From Dictyostelium discoideum (lineage: Eukaryota), in contig CM000150.2 in NCBI GenBank assembly GCA_000004695.1, positions 1,120,001 to 1,184,000 of the forward strand: a stretch of DNA of 64,000 nucleotides, given 5' to 3'. This document shows, piece after piece, positions 29,692-43,336 of this stretch. Numbering within the stretch: position 1 is the stretch's first letter; every line of letters begins with the position of its first letter. The notes beneath the pieces were generated by a model. The model worked only from the letters and a program-made list of their open reading frames with translations. It did no database searches and was not told the origin of the DNA. A program made the position numbers and the translations under genes.

Positions 29692-30311
29692 TTTTTTTTA
29701 AAAAAAAACAATTTATATTAATAATTAATCTTTATATTATTATTATTTATAACTATTATTTATTTCTATTATATTTTTAAATTTGAGGTATAATTTATTT
29801 TAATTTATTTTAATTTATTCAATTTTTTTTTTTTTTTTCTTAATTATAATTTTTTTTTTTTTTAAATATTTGTATATTTTTAAGTTGAAATAAATAAGTT
29901 GTTAAGATACTATAATTAGCTAAACACAAATACAACCACAGTGATAAAAAAAGAAAATCAATATTTATTTAATTATTTTTTAATTTTTTTTTTTTTTTCT
30001 AATTTCTATCATTCCATTGGGGGATTGTTATTTTTAGCTGATAAACAAAACTTATTATTATTATCGCACATCAATTATATTTAAAATATTAAAAATATTA
30101 AATTTAAATAATATTTGTGTGATTGTGTGGTGTGTTTCCATTTATTTTTTTTTTTTTTTATTATTTTTTTTTTTTTTCGAATTAAAAAAATAAATAAAAA
30201 AAAAAGAATTATATATTTACGGGTTTAAATCAAATAGAAACTAAATTTTTATTTTTTTATATTTATTTTCTAAAAAGATTTAATATTGATGTACATTAAT
30301 GTAATTATACA

Positions 30312-30350
<39 letters not shown>

Positions 30351-30367
30351 TAAAATAATAATTAAAT

Positions 30368-30689
30368 TTAATTACAACCACATGAATAACTTCTGGTTGC
30401 ACTGAGATTGATATCAATATCAATGTTTACATTGACATCGACAATTGCAAGTAAACCAGCACCTGGATAACCATAACTACCACCACCACATGAACCACAT
30501 GCAATTGAATTTGAACCCATTGATAAACCAGAAGCATTCTTTGATGATACACTTGATTTAGATGAAGTGTTCATTGGTTTTGAAATTGAGGTTAAGGCAG
30601 CTAAAAAAAAAAAAAAAAAATTGATTAATATTAAATTAAAATAAAATATATAATAATTTTCATAAACAGTATTTACATAATAAAGACAT
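30368..30689 (-). CDS. HssA/2C/7E-family small Gly/Ser-rich protein (hssA-like), two exons: 30689..30677 and 30601..30368.
   Basis: A 13-nt first exon ATGTCTTTATTAT precedes donor GTAAAT. The acceptor is 'ttttag|CTGCCTTAACC'. Product: '[59 protein letters not shown]...SYSCGCN'. Confidence 0.65.
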
Positions 30690-30780
30690 TGTAAATTGTT
30701 AGATGAATGATTTTTAAATTGATTGATTAAAAAAAAAAATAAAAAAGCTATTTATAATTTTTTTTTTTAATTAAAAAATT

Positions 30781-30819
<39 letters not shown>

Positions 30820-30974
30820 TTTTTTTTTTTACCTAAAGATAATTCATTTAAATCTTTTAAATCTATAATTTCGAATTATGCAATTTAACTTTTAAAAAGA
30901 TAATTATATAGATTTAATAGATAAATTGTAAAAAAAAAGGTTAATTAAAAAATGATTTTGATATTATTTTCTTT

Positions 30975-31053
<79 letters not shown>

Positions 31054-31177
31054 AAAAAAAGATGAGTTTCAAAAGAAATAAAGAAAATTTTAATTTAAAA
31101 TAATTTAAAGAATTTTTTATTTTTTATTTTAATATTTTTACAACAATTGTAATTTTTTATGATTTTAAAATTATAAA

Positions 31178-31407
31178 TTAATTACAACCACATGAATAAC
31201 TTCTGGTTGCACTGAGATTGATATCAATATCAATGTTTACATTGAGATCAACAATTGCGAGTAAACCAGCACCTGGATAACCATAACTACCACCACATGA
31301 ACCACATGCAATTGAATTTGAACCCATTGATAAACCAGAGACATTCTTTGATGATACACTTGATTTAGATGAAGTGTTCATTGGTTTTGAAATTGAGGTC
31401 AAGGCAG

Positions 31408-31452
<45 letters not shown>

Positions 31453-31529
31453 GTTTAATAATTTAAAATTTTTATATTAATTAAACTTTTTTTTTTTAAA
31501 AAAAAAGAATATTTACATAATAACGACAT
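31178..31529 (-). CDS. HssA/2C/7E-family paralog, two exons: 31529..31517 and 31407..31178.
   Basis: Same 13-nt first exon (ATGTCGTTATTAT), GTAAAT donor and 'tttttag' acceptor. Protein 97% identical to its neighbours. Confidence 0.65.
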
Positions 31530-32288
31530 TGTTGGAATAAGTTTTTTTGATTTTGAAATGAATGATATAAAAAAAAAAAAAAAAAAATTATTTATACTTT
31601 TTTTTTTTTTTTAAATTAATTAAATAGTAATAAAAAAAAAAAAAGAAATTTTTATTTAATTACATTAACGAATTTAATTAAATTTAATTCTATGTAGAAT
31701 CTGATAAATCTTGATCAGATTTCTTATGTATTTATTCATTTTTTTTTTTTTTTGTGTTTTTTTTTTTTTGTGTTTTTTTTTTTTTTTTTTTTTTTTAAAA
31801 ATAAAATAATGCATGCAGGTAGTATTTTTTTTTTTTTACAAATAAATTAATATATTAACAAATACTATTTTTTGAAAATCAATAAAGTTTGGTTTTAACT
31901 TTTTTTAGGTTGTTATAAATTATTTTTATTTTTTTTTTTGTGGATTATTATAAAAAAAAAAAAACTTATTTATTTTATTCGATCAGTGGTTTGAAATAAA
32001 ATATATATTTTAACAGTACCTCTAATACATACTTTCACCAAAATAATCAATTAATCTTTTAAGGGATAAAAGTTTTTTATTTTCAACAGTTTTTAAATTC
32101 TACTTTTAAGAAAGTAATCAAGATTTAATAGATTAAAAATTAAAAATTAAAATTAAATCGTTAACAATTATTAATATTTTTAAATGTTGTTTAATTAAAA
32201 AAGAAAACTATAAATTAAAATACAATTTTTTTTTTATAAATCATTCAATTTTAAATCAAATTAATTTTAAAACACCAAAAAAAAAAAA

Positions 32289-32619
32289 ATGTCTTTATTA
32301 TGTAAATATTAAAAAAAAAAAAAAAATTATGTAAACTATTAAAATTTAAAACTAAATTTTAATTTTTTTTTTTAAAAATATATTAGCTGCCTTAACCTCA
32401 ATTTCAAAACCAATGAACACTTCATCTAAATCAAGTGTATCATCAAAGAATGCCTCTGGTTTATCAATGGGTTCAAATTCAATTGCATGTGGTTCATGTG
32501 GTGGTGGTAGTTATGGTTATCCAGGTGCTGGTTTACTAGCAATTGTTGATCTCAATGTAAACATTGATATTGATATCAATCTCAGTGCAACCAGAAGTTA
32601 TTCATGTGGTTGTAATTAA
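32289..32619 (+). CDS. HssA/2C/7E-family paralog on the plus strand, two exons: 32289..32301 and 32387..32619.
   Basis: ATGTCTTTATTAT|GTAAAT ... 'tattag'|CTGCC. It is arranged head-to-head with the 31178..31529 copy. Confidence 0.65.
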
Positions 32620-33177
32620 ATTTTTTAAGTGTAAAATACTGTACCATTATAATAATTTATTGTAAAAATAAAATAAAGTAATCTGTATTATTTTTAAATT
32701 TAAAGCTAGCCTAAAATTTAATTTTGACTTTATTTTTTTATTATTATTTTTATTTAAATTTTTACCAGCAACCCAATTTTTTTTTTTTTTCCTTTAAGCA
32801 AGATTTTTTTTTTTAAAGGAAACCATTTTTTTTTTTTTTAAAGGAAACCAATTTTTCTCCGCTGCTAGGGCAGCACACTGATACTAGCATATCACTGCTG
32901 CAGCTTGCATGCTGTCAGTCGCCTGACTTCTTTCACTTGCATCTGCTTGCTCACTCTTCAGTTTAACAAGATTTTTTTTTTTTGTGATTGCCAGATAATT
33001 CAATTTAATTTTTATTTTTAATTTTTTTTAATTTTTTTATTTCAATATTTCTTAGTGGCCAAGATTTTTTTTTTTTTGAAATTGTAATTTTTTTTTTTTT
33101 TATTTTTTTTTTTTTTCCTAGTGTTTTTATCTTATATCATTTTTTTTTTTTTTTTAACAATACATTCACATTAAACA

Positions 33178-36100
33178 ATGAAAGAAATAAATAGTAGTAA
33201 GAATGAAATTTTATTTTGGAAAGTTTTTAAAAATAAATTATTATTTAATAATATTTTCGATGTTATGGTAAAAATACCAATAAAATATAATGATTATACA
33301 AAGATTCATTCATTTAATAGAATAAAATTTAAATATATTATTTCATTAAAATTTATGATCGAAAAGAATCTCTATAAATTATTAAAATGTAAATTAGATA
33401 ATAAAGAGTCAATAATTGTTGAAGAGGATTCAATGATTTCGATATTTAAAAAAAAACAAAATATTGAAGATGAAAAAAAAAATGAAAAATTATTATTATT
33501 AATTTTAAAAAATAGAGAAACATTAAAATTAGATAATAGTTTTGATTTTATACAAAAAGCAATATTTGAATCAAATGAAAAAGTTTTAAATCTTTTATTA
33601 AATTATCCAAATGAAATTTCAACAAATCAACTACATCAAAAACCTCTTTTAATAATTAAAGATTCACACATTCAAAGTATAATTGGAAATTCAAATGTTT
33701 CAATGTTAAAAACTTTATTAAATTCATCACTATTTAAAAATCAGCAACAACAACAATTGGAACAATTTCATCAATTAGTACCTTCAAATGAATTAAAAAA
33801 TAAAATTATTTCTATTACAATTAATAATAGTTATCGTTGCAATGAAGAGTTATTAGAATTTATTTTAGATAATCCAACACTTTATAATACCACCACCACC
33901 ACCACCACCAATATCACAAAACCAGATGGTGATATAAATGTTTCAAAAATTGAAATTAATAAATTCTTTGAAATTGAATCATTTGAAATTAAAAAGAGGT
34001 TATTCAATTTAAAGTTTTTAGAAATTGAATTTAACATTGAAATATTTAAAAAAAAAGTGAATTCAATCACTAAAGATTCTTCAATATTAAAAGAAAAGAT
34101 TGAAAACATTTTAAAAATAGTTAATAATAATAAAGAAAATTCCCATGATCAAGATTATGGTAATGAATTTAAAAGTCTTTTAAAATTATATTCTCCATAT
34201 TCAAATGATGTTTATAAACAATACATTTTAAATTATAAAGAGATAATCGATGATGATCATGATGATGTTGAATATTTACAATTTATAGATATTAATAAAA
34301 AGATTGAAACAGAGCTATTATATTCACTCAATACTTTTAATTTAGAATTATTAAAAAAAGTAATTGAAAAAAATGAAAAACAACAAAAACAACAACAACA
34401 AAAACAAGTGTTTCAAGAGATTTTTAAAAAATATGTTCCAATTGATATTTATAGAGAAAATGAAACAGTTTTATCTCAAGTAGAGATTATTTTTAATAAT
34501 AATTCAAAAGAATCCATTTTAGAATTCATTAAATATTATTCATCAAAAGATGTATATGAATTAATTGGTAACTTATATTGTGATCATATTATTATTATGT
34601 TTTGTTTTCTTTATTCATCAGATACTAAAGATCAATATTTAGAATTTTTAAATTCAATTAATCAATATTGTTGTTCATCATCATCTTCATCGTCATTGTC
34701 ATCATCAATTGATTCAGAACCAAATGAAAACGGTGCTAATGAAAATGGTGCAGATGGAAATGGTGGTGCAGATGAAAATGGAGCTGATGAAAATGGTGGT
34801 GCAGACGAAAAAAAAGATAAATATTTACATATTCAATCAATTAAATGTTATTTTCCACTAGAATGGAATTCATTTTTAAAGAATATTAAATCATATTATC
34901 CATTTACTAAAGATAGTAAAGTACCATCAGTTACAATGAGTATTGATGATAAAGAAACAATTGATTGGTTATTTAATACATGTGGTCATTCAACATTTTC
35001 AAAGATAATTGTTAATTATTTACGTTTGAAATCAATTGATTTAATCGAATATACAATTGAAAAATATAAACTCAATGGTAAAGAAAGATCATTACTATAT
35101 TCAATACCATTTTATAATGCAATCATTGATTTCAATGTTAATGAAATTAAAAAAATTATCAATTTAAATATAAATGGTCCAATTGAAGAGTATTATAATT
35201 TCAGTACATTATTATTAAATTCATTTACTGAAAAATTTATTAATAAAGATGAAAAAGATAAACATGAAGATAAAGATGAACACGAACATGAAGATGAAGA
35301 TCAAGATGAAGATCAAGATGAAGATGAAGATGAAGATGAAGATGAAGATGAAGATGAAGATGAAGATGAAGATGAAGATGAAGATGAAGATGAAGATGAA
35401 GATGAAGATGAAGATGAAAAAGATGAATATGAGGATGAAGATTTTTCAAATAATTTTTATAAAACATTCAGATACTTGATAAAAATTAATTTCAAAAATT
35501 TTTCAACAACTGCGTTTAAAGAATTTTTAAACCTGTTATTGATAAGAAGCGATTGTGGTGAACTTATTATAAAAGATATTAATTTTACTGGTATTGAATT
35601 TTCAACTGAAAATTTAGAAAGAAGATTTCTACCAATTTTGTTTTCTACATTCTATCATTCAATAGGTGAACCCGGTCCATTGTCTTTTTATGGCTATTTC
35701 AATAGTAAAGATATGTCTAGAATTTTTTCAGCTAGTTTAGAAATATTTGAAGATTTTGAATTTTATATTAGTGATTGCTCTGGAGATATAGAAAGTCTTT
35801 GTTTGTTTATTGAGTTTTTATTAATCGATTATAAGTATTCAACATATATTCCCTCTACAACTACCAGTAGTAGTAGTAGAAGCAGAAGTAGTAGTAGTAG
35901 TGGTAGTAGTAGAAGTAGTAGAAGTAGAAGTAGTAGTAGTAGTGGTAGTAGTAGAAGTAGTAGTAGAAGTAGAAGTAGTAGTGACTCAAGTACAACGTCA
36001 CCACCATCATCTCCAAATATTGATACTGATAATTTTTCAGAATTAAGGTATCAAAATCTATTTGAAAAGTTAGTAGAGGAAATTTATAAACTTTTATTAA

Positions 36101-36723
36101 AACAAAGTCATAAATGTGGTAAATTTGATTGGGTTTACGTAGGTTATTATTTAATAGAAGAAGCCAATTATGGAGACAAACCATTTTGTATTGATTTGAA
36201 TTCAAACTATTTTCAATATGAATACTTGTCAATGAAATCAATATATCTTAAAAAATATTTAAATGAAGTATATGGAGAATTGGATGAAGACGAAGATCAA
36301 TTTTTCAATTTTAAAATTTCAATTAAAAAAATCTTTGATGATAAAACTTCAGTTGAATCACTCTATAAAGTATTGGAAAAAAGTTTAATACGTGATAAAT
36401 TACAAATTTTAAATGAGCATTTAATATTTTTTTTAGATATTAATAGAATCAATTTATTCTTTGATCAATTAATCAAATTCAAATCAAAAATTAAAGGTAA
36501 TATTTCAAATCAGGAAATTAATTTTTCAGATAAAGTTTTTATTACAACATTAAAAGTTTTAGATGAAAATTCATTTAAATCATTTTTTAATGATTATTGT
36601 TCCAATCAATTTTATTCATTTTATTTTAAAAATAAAGATACAATTACTCTATATGATAATTCTGAAATTGTAAAACAATTAATATCTTTAAAATCTGACG
36701 ATCAATTATCACCAAAAAATTAA
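33178..36723 (+). CDS. Large (1181 aa) orphan protein with a (DE)n acidic block and Arg/Ser-rich tandem repeats; family unknown.
   Basis: Uninterrupted ORF. (GAAGAT)n at 35290-35420 encodes 'DEDEDE...'. 35870-35990 encodes 'SSSRSRSSSSSGSSRSS' repeated. Paralogous fragments lie at 5085-6241. Confidence 0.7.
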   Translation: MKEINSSKNEILFWKVFKNKLLFNNIFDVMVKIPIKYNDYTKIHSFNRIKFKYIISLKFMIEKNLYKLLKCKLDNKESIIVEEDSMISIFKKKQNIEDEKKNEKLLLLILKNRETLKLDNSFDFIQKAIFESNEKVLNLLLNYPNEISTNQLHQKPLLIIKDSHIQSIIGNSNVSMLKTLLNSSLFKNQQQQQLEQFHQLVPSNELKNKIISITINNSYRCNEELLEFILDNPTLYNTTTTTTTNITKPDGDINVSKIEINKFFEIESFEIKKRLFNLKFLEIEFNIEIFKKKVNSITKDSSILKEKIENILKIVNNNKENSHDQDYGNEFKSLLKLYSPYSNDVYKQYILNYKEIIDDDHDDVEYLQFIDINKKIETELLYSLNTFNLELLKKVIEKNEKQQKQQQQKQVFQEIFKKYVPIDIYRENETVLSQVEIIFNNNSKESILEFIKYYSSKDVYELIGNLYCDHIIIMFCFLYSSDTKDQYLEFLNSINQYCCSSSSSSSLSSSIDSEPNENGANENGADGNGGADENGADENGGADEKKDKYLHIQSIKCYFPLEWNSFLKNIKSYYPFTKDSKVPSVTMSIDDKETIDWLFNTCGHSTFSKIIVNYLRLKSIDLIEYTIEKYKLNGKERSLLYSIPFYNAIIDFNVNEIKKIINLNINGPIEEYYNFSTLLLNSFTEKFINKDEKDKHEDKDEHEHEDEDQDEDQDEDEDEDEDEDEDEDEDEDEDEDEDEDEDEDEDEKDEYEDEDFSNNFYKTFRYLIKINFKNFSTTAFKEFLNLLLIRSDCGELIIKDINFTGIEFSTENLERRFLPILFSTFYHSIGEPGPLSFYGYFNSKDMSRIFSASLEIFEDFEFYISDCSGDIESLCLFIEFLLIDYKYSTYIPSTTTSSSSRSRSSSSSGSSRSSRSRSSSSSGSSRSSSRSRSSSDSSTTSPPSSPNIDTDNFSELRYQNLFEKLVEEIYKLLLKQSHKCGKFDWVYVGYYLIEEANYGDKPFCIDLNSNYFQYEYLSMKSIYLKKYLNEVYGELDEDEDQFFNFKISIKKIFDDKTSVESLYKVLEKSLIRDKLQILNEHLIFFLDINRINLFFDQLIKFKSKIKGNISNQEINFSDKVFITTLKVLDENSFKSFFNDYCSNQFYSFYFKNKDTITLYDNSEIVKQLISLKSDDQLSPKN

Positions 36724-37059
36724 TAGCACTACTCAAAATTAATGAATAATTGGAATTCCAATTAATTAACTATACAATTTCTTTTTTAAAAATAATAAAA
36801 AAAAAAATTTAAATAAATAATAATAATTTAAAAACATAAAAAATTAGTTTACATTTTAAAAAAAAATATATATATATATATATTTGTATAATTATTTCTT
36901 TATTTCTTTTTTTATTTATTCTGGTTATTTTATAGTGATTAAAGAGAAGTTGGTATGATCGAATGGGTGTGAATATTTTGGTGGTGGTGGTAGTGGTGGA
37001 TTTCTTTACAGGTTAAACAATATAATAGTAATTATAAATAAAAATATTGAATTTTTTTT

Positions 37060-37185
37060 TTTTTTGTTGTTTTTTGTTTTTGTTTTTGTTTTTGTCTTTG
37101 TTTTTGTTTTTGTTTTTGTTTTTGTTTTTGTTTTTGTTTTTGTTTTTGTTTTTGTTTTTGTTTTTGTTTTTGTTTTTGTTTGTTT

Positions 37186-37278
<93 letters not shown>

Positions 37279-37280
37279 AT

Positions 37281-37338
<58 letters not shown>

Positions 37339-37340
37339 AT
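37060..37340. repeat. Compound microsatellite (TTTTTG)n-(TTG)n-(TTGCTG)n, ~280 bp.
   Basis: Direct inspection. It lies between the stop codons of the large gene and rab24; the ORFs it generates (poly-C, poly-L) are artefacts. Confidence 0.9.
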
Positions 37341-37426
37341 TATTATTGCCTAGTTATGTCAAATTTTGTTTATGATGTATAAATATTAAAATAGATAAAG
37401 AAAAAGGAAAATATGTGATTGTAAAT

Positions 37427-38481
<1,055 letters not shown>

Positions 38482-38977
38482 TGTTTTTATATATATATAT
38501 ATATATATATTGTATATTGTATATTTATTTCCTATGGGGAAAAAAAAAAATAAAAAAAAATAAAAAATAAAAATAAAAATGAAAATAAAAAAAATAAAAA
38601 TCTATGTGGTCGTGTGTTGTTATTTTTAAGTTTATTTTAATTTTATACGATTATTTAATTTTTAAGTTTATTTTATTTTAATTTTATTCGATTATTTAAT
38701 TTTAAGTTATTGTTACTATTGTTGATAAAAAATAAAAAAAAAAAAACAAAAACAAAAAATAAATAAATAAATAAAAATAAAAAAAAAAAACCAATAATTT
38801 ATTTGTTGTTGTTTAAGGTTGATAGAAAAAAAAAAAAAAAAAAACCAAAAAAAAAAAAAATTTTAATTTTTTTTTTATTTTTTTTTTTTATTTTTTTTTT
38901 TTTTGGAAATTTTTGAAAAATCTTTTTTTATTGCGGTGTTAAAATGCCCCATTTGTTTTTCCATTTAACAAAACAAC

Positions 38978-39009
<32 letters not shown>

Positions 39010-39098
39010 TTCATAAAAAAAAAAAATTATTTGTTTGGATATATATTTATAAAAAATAAATATTGAACGGGTAGATATTTTAATAAAAGTAAATGAAG

Positions 39099-39130
<32 letters not shown>

Positions 39131-39901
39131 ACTTTTTAGAAATAATCATAAAATTAATTTTGTTTGTCATTCTTATAAATTTATTTTTTCTTTAATTTTT
39201 TTCTTTTCTTTTTTTTTTTTTTAAAAAATTCTTTATTTATTTTTTGTTTGTTTTTAATTTTTAATCTGGTAATATTAATTAATAGCAGATTTCCAAATGT
39301 AGTTAAATTATTGAAATCACAGCAAAAATAAAATAAAAAAAATAAAAAAATAAAAAAAAAAAATGAAAATAAAAAATACCAAGAGTGTGGTATGAAAATT
39401 ATCTGGTTATCCACAGTTTTTTTATTAATATTTTCATATTCATATTTATTTTAAAATAATCACCAATATAAAAAATTTAAATAAAAATAAATTAAAAATA
39501 AAAAAAAATTAAAAAAAAAAAAAAAAACAAAAAAAAAAACCAAAAAAAAAAAAAAAATTAACCAGTGGAATTGTTTTCAAACGTTTTTTTATTTGAAAAA
39601 ATTACCAGGATTGGTGAAAGTAGTGTGTTGTGCAAGTGGTGAATTTTTGGAGTTTAAAAACAAATCGTTAATTTTTTTTTATTTTTATTTTTTTTATTTT
39701 ATTTTTCTTTTTTTGTTTTTTGTTTTTGTTTTTTTTTATTTTTATTTTTGATTATAGCCCATATATATATTATTGTAAAAGTTTTATTTTATTTTTATTT
39801 TTTATTTATTTTTTTTTTTTTTCCTAATCACAATTCAAAAACCATATTAATCTTTTTTTTTTTTTTTTTTTTTTTAAAATAATAACCATAGGTTTACAAT
39901 A

Positions 39902-40363
39902 ATGAAAATTAAATCATTATTTAAAATTAAGAGTTCAATAATCTTCATTTCAATTTATATTATATTTGGATTAATTAAAGGTATTGATTGTGTTCAACAG
40001 CCATACGATTCATATGAAAATAATGACAATGACGGAAATAATAACAACGATAAATATTATAACCATGAAAAGAATTTAGCATATGTAAATAATTTATTTA
40101 TAAATAAATCAATGAATACCAAACCAAATATAATATATTTTACTTATAAAATCGATACATATTCATATGGATACATTGGCGCAAATGAAATTAAAAATAA
40201 TTCAGCAACTCATATTGGTAATGCTCATATTCCAATCGACGATTTAACAATTCCATTTGAAATGGTAATGACAAAATCATATAATACTGTAAGTTTAAAT
40301 TAAATTAAAATAAATTAAAATAAAATAAAATAAATAAATTTGGATCTTAACAATTTTTTTTTA

Positions 40364-40448
<85 letters not shown>

Positions 40449-41696
40449 ATAAAATTTCTTTAGATGATAGTAACAGGAGTTTCAGATACAAAAAAGAATA
40501 AATATAATGGATGTCATCATTATTTTGATTATGGTGATATTAGAGTTGAAGATTGTAAAATGTGGGTTAATTTAATTGATATTTCACAAAATCAAAGATT
40601 ATCACATTATTCAATAATTTATAATGAAATCACCACCAATTCAAATTCAAATTCACATACATTAGTTGGTATGGGATATAATATTGAAAATGAAACATTT
40701 TCAATTATAACATCAACTGATAAATTCACAATAAATGGGTCAATCTATAGTAACTCAAATCAAAGTTTAAACTATTATTCAACCTCTATTTTAATTAATC
40801 CAGGTGAAATTGATACATTTAAAAAATCACATGATAAAAAAAATAATATTTATTATGCATACATTAAAGAACCAGGTACAGAAGGTAATCATTATTTAGT
40901 TTCATTAAATTTAAATACTGGTGAACTATTAACAAAACCGTTTAAAAATATAAATAAATTACAATTCTCAACAATTGGTTTCTCAATTTGGAATGATAAA
41001 TTCATATTATCTGGTACACCACAAAATTTCTCAAATTTAACAAATATTTATTCAATAACAATAAATAATACCAATAATAGTAATAATAGTAATACCAATA
41101 ATAATAATGATGATTATTTTAATAATCCAGAATTATTATATTCAAAATTATATTTAATAAATTTATATGTAAAATCAGAGAATAGTAAATATTTTATGTT
41201 TTATAATAGAGTTAAATCATCATTAACTTTAATTGATTTAGAGAATAATAATATGGAAGATTATAAAATTAGTTTTAAAATGAAAATACCAGAATATGCA
41301 CATTTAGTTGAACTATATTCATTTTATCAAGATCCAAATCATATTACACCAACTATAACCGAAGGTTATACTAGTGGTAAATTATTCATAATAATATTCT
41401 ATCCAATTTTTGGAGCATTTTTAATATCAACTTTTATAATTTGTTTAGTATTAGCAATTAAAAAAACAAAGAAAAGAAGAATATTAATGAAACAAGAACC
41501 AAATGTTAATTTAAAAATTGTAAAAACTCAAGCAAAAGAAGATGAAGAAGAAAGACAAAAAGAAAAAGAAGAAAAACATAAATTATTCTTACAAACTCAA
41601 AAAGAAATTCAAATAGAATTAAATACAATGGCAAATGAAAATTATAATAATACTTCAAATAAAAAAGATTACGATGATGATTCTTCTGATGAATAA
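39902..41696 (+). CDS. Type I membrane protein with a signal peptide and a single C-terminal transmembrane segment, family unknown. Two exons: 39902..40288 and 40464..41696.
   Basis: N-terminal hydrophobic 'SIIFISIYIIFGLIKG'. Donor GTAAGT at 40289, an (ATT)n intron, and acceptor 'ctttag' at 40463. A TM 'LFIIIFYPIFGAFLISTFIICLVLAI' is followed by a basic/acidic tail. Confidence 0.65.
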
Positions 41697-41932
41697 AAAT
41701 AGAAAAAAAATAAAAAATAAAAATAGAAAAAAAAAGATAAAAAAAAAAAAAAAAAAAAAGTTATAAAATTTTTAATACTATACAAATAATAAATAATTTT
41801 AATAAAAGTACTTTATATAAAGTATCATATTTTATTTTTTACTTTACAAATAATAAATAATTTTTTTATTTTTTTTTTTTATTTTTTTCATTTTTTTTTA
41901 TTTTTTTTTTTCCATTTAATTATTTATTTATT

Positions 41933-43125
41933 TTATTTATTTAAATTCTTATTTATTAAATCTTTAAAAATTGATTCCATTGTATCAATTTTTGAAGATA
42001 AAGTAAGTATTTTCATAAACATATAAGAATAAAGAATAAATAAGAGTGAACAAATAACTAAAATGCTTAATTGACTTGAACCAAATGAAAGAACACCAAA
42101 TGGTGTCTTTAAAATGAATTTACCACTTTCATCACTAACCTTTTCAAGATTATTATTTTTCTTTTCAAATGTTGATTTAATTGAATCACTTGAAATGTTT
42201 GTACTATTAGTATTATTATCAGCACCATTATTGGTTAAGTTGAATGGAGAATTTGGTAATATTGGTGGAGATATTTGACTTTGTAAACTATTACTACTAT
42301 TACTTGTACTATTAACAATATTACCAATAGAATTGTTGCTGTTGTTGTTATTGTTATTTGAAGAAATCATTGGATTTGGTGGTGGTGAAGTTGAATTAAC
42401 TTGACTTGAAGATGATATTAAATGTTGTCTACTACGTGATCTTGTATGATGTGGTTTTGGTGATTCTAATCTTTCATCATCTTGTTTTAAACGTGCTACC
42501 ATTTCATTTTTATCCATTGATTTATTTAAAGATGGAATGAGTATAGTTGGTGTTAAACTACCAGCACCATTGTGATGATTAACTACCTTATTATTATTGG
42601 TGGTGTTGGTAGCAGTTGAAGAGGAGGCTGATGGTAATGGTTTAACTTGTAACATTTTTTGAACTTCAACTTTTGCTAATTGTACCCATTTATCGAATGA
42701 TGTTTTTGTTTCCTTTACAGTTGTAGTTTCAATTTTACTCTTGAACCAAGTTTTCTTTACAAATCTAACAGTGAGTGAAATTGATAAACGACATGTATCT
42801 TGTGATGTCTCTGTAACTTCCCATTTTGCTTCAATTCTAAAATGATCACCATATGGAATATCTAACATTATTGTATCTGTTTCTACAATTAATTTCTTTC
42901 TTGTTAATTGATATCTTTGAGTTTCTTGAATTCTAGTTTTATCTGGTCCAATTGGTGAACTTACTGGTGCAACATCTATAAATTATTAATTTTTTTTTAA
43001 AAAAAAAAAAAAAATTAATATCATTATTATTAATATTATTTTTATAATTTTAATATTTACATTCAACTTCTCTAATTGTACCAAATCTTTCACGAAAAGT
43101 CCAAGGTTTAACATTTACATCTATA

Positions 43126-43177
<52 letters not shown>

Positions 43178-43180
43178 GTA

Positions 43181-43258
<78 letters not shown>

Positions 43259-43267
43259 GTAATAATG

Positions 43268-43336
<69 letters not shown>

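Noticed and set aside
35240-35479. ORFs 'MKMKMK...' and 'HLHLHL...' overlapping the large gene.
   Set aside because: They are alternative-frame or antisense readings of the (GAAGAT)n acidic repeat inside CDS 33178..36723.
37047-37382. Poly-Cys/poly-Leu ORFs.
   Set aside because: They are translations of the (TTTTTG)n/(TTG)n/(TTGCTG)n microsatellite and have no start context.
42990-43000. GTAAGT inside exon 5 of the GRAM/VASt gene ('ccagtaagttcacc').
   Set aside because: Using it would break the VASt-domain reading frame. It is retained as coding (VSS).
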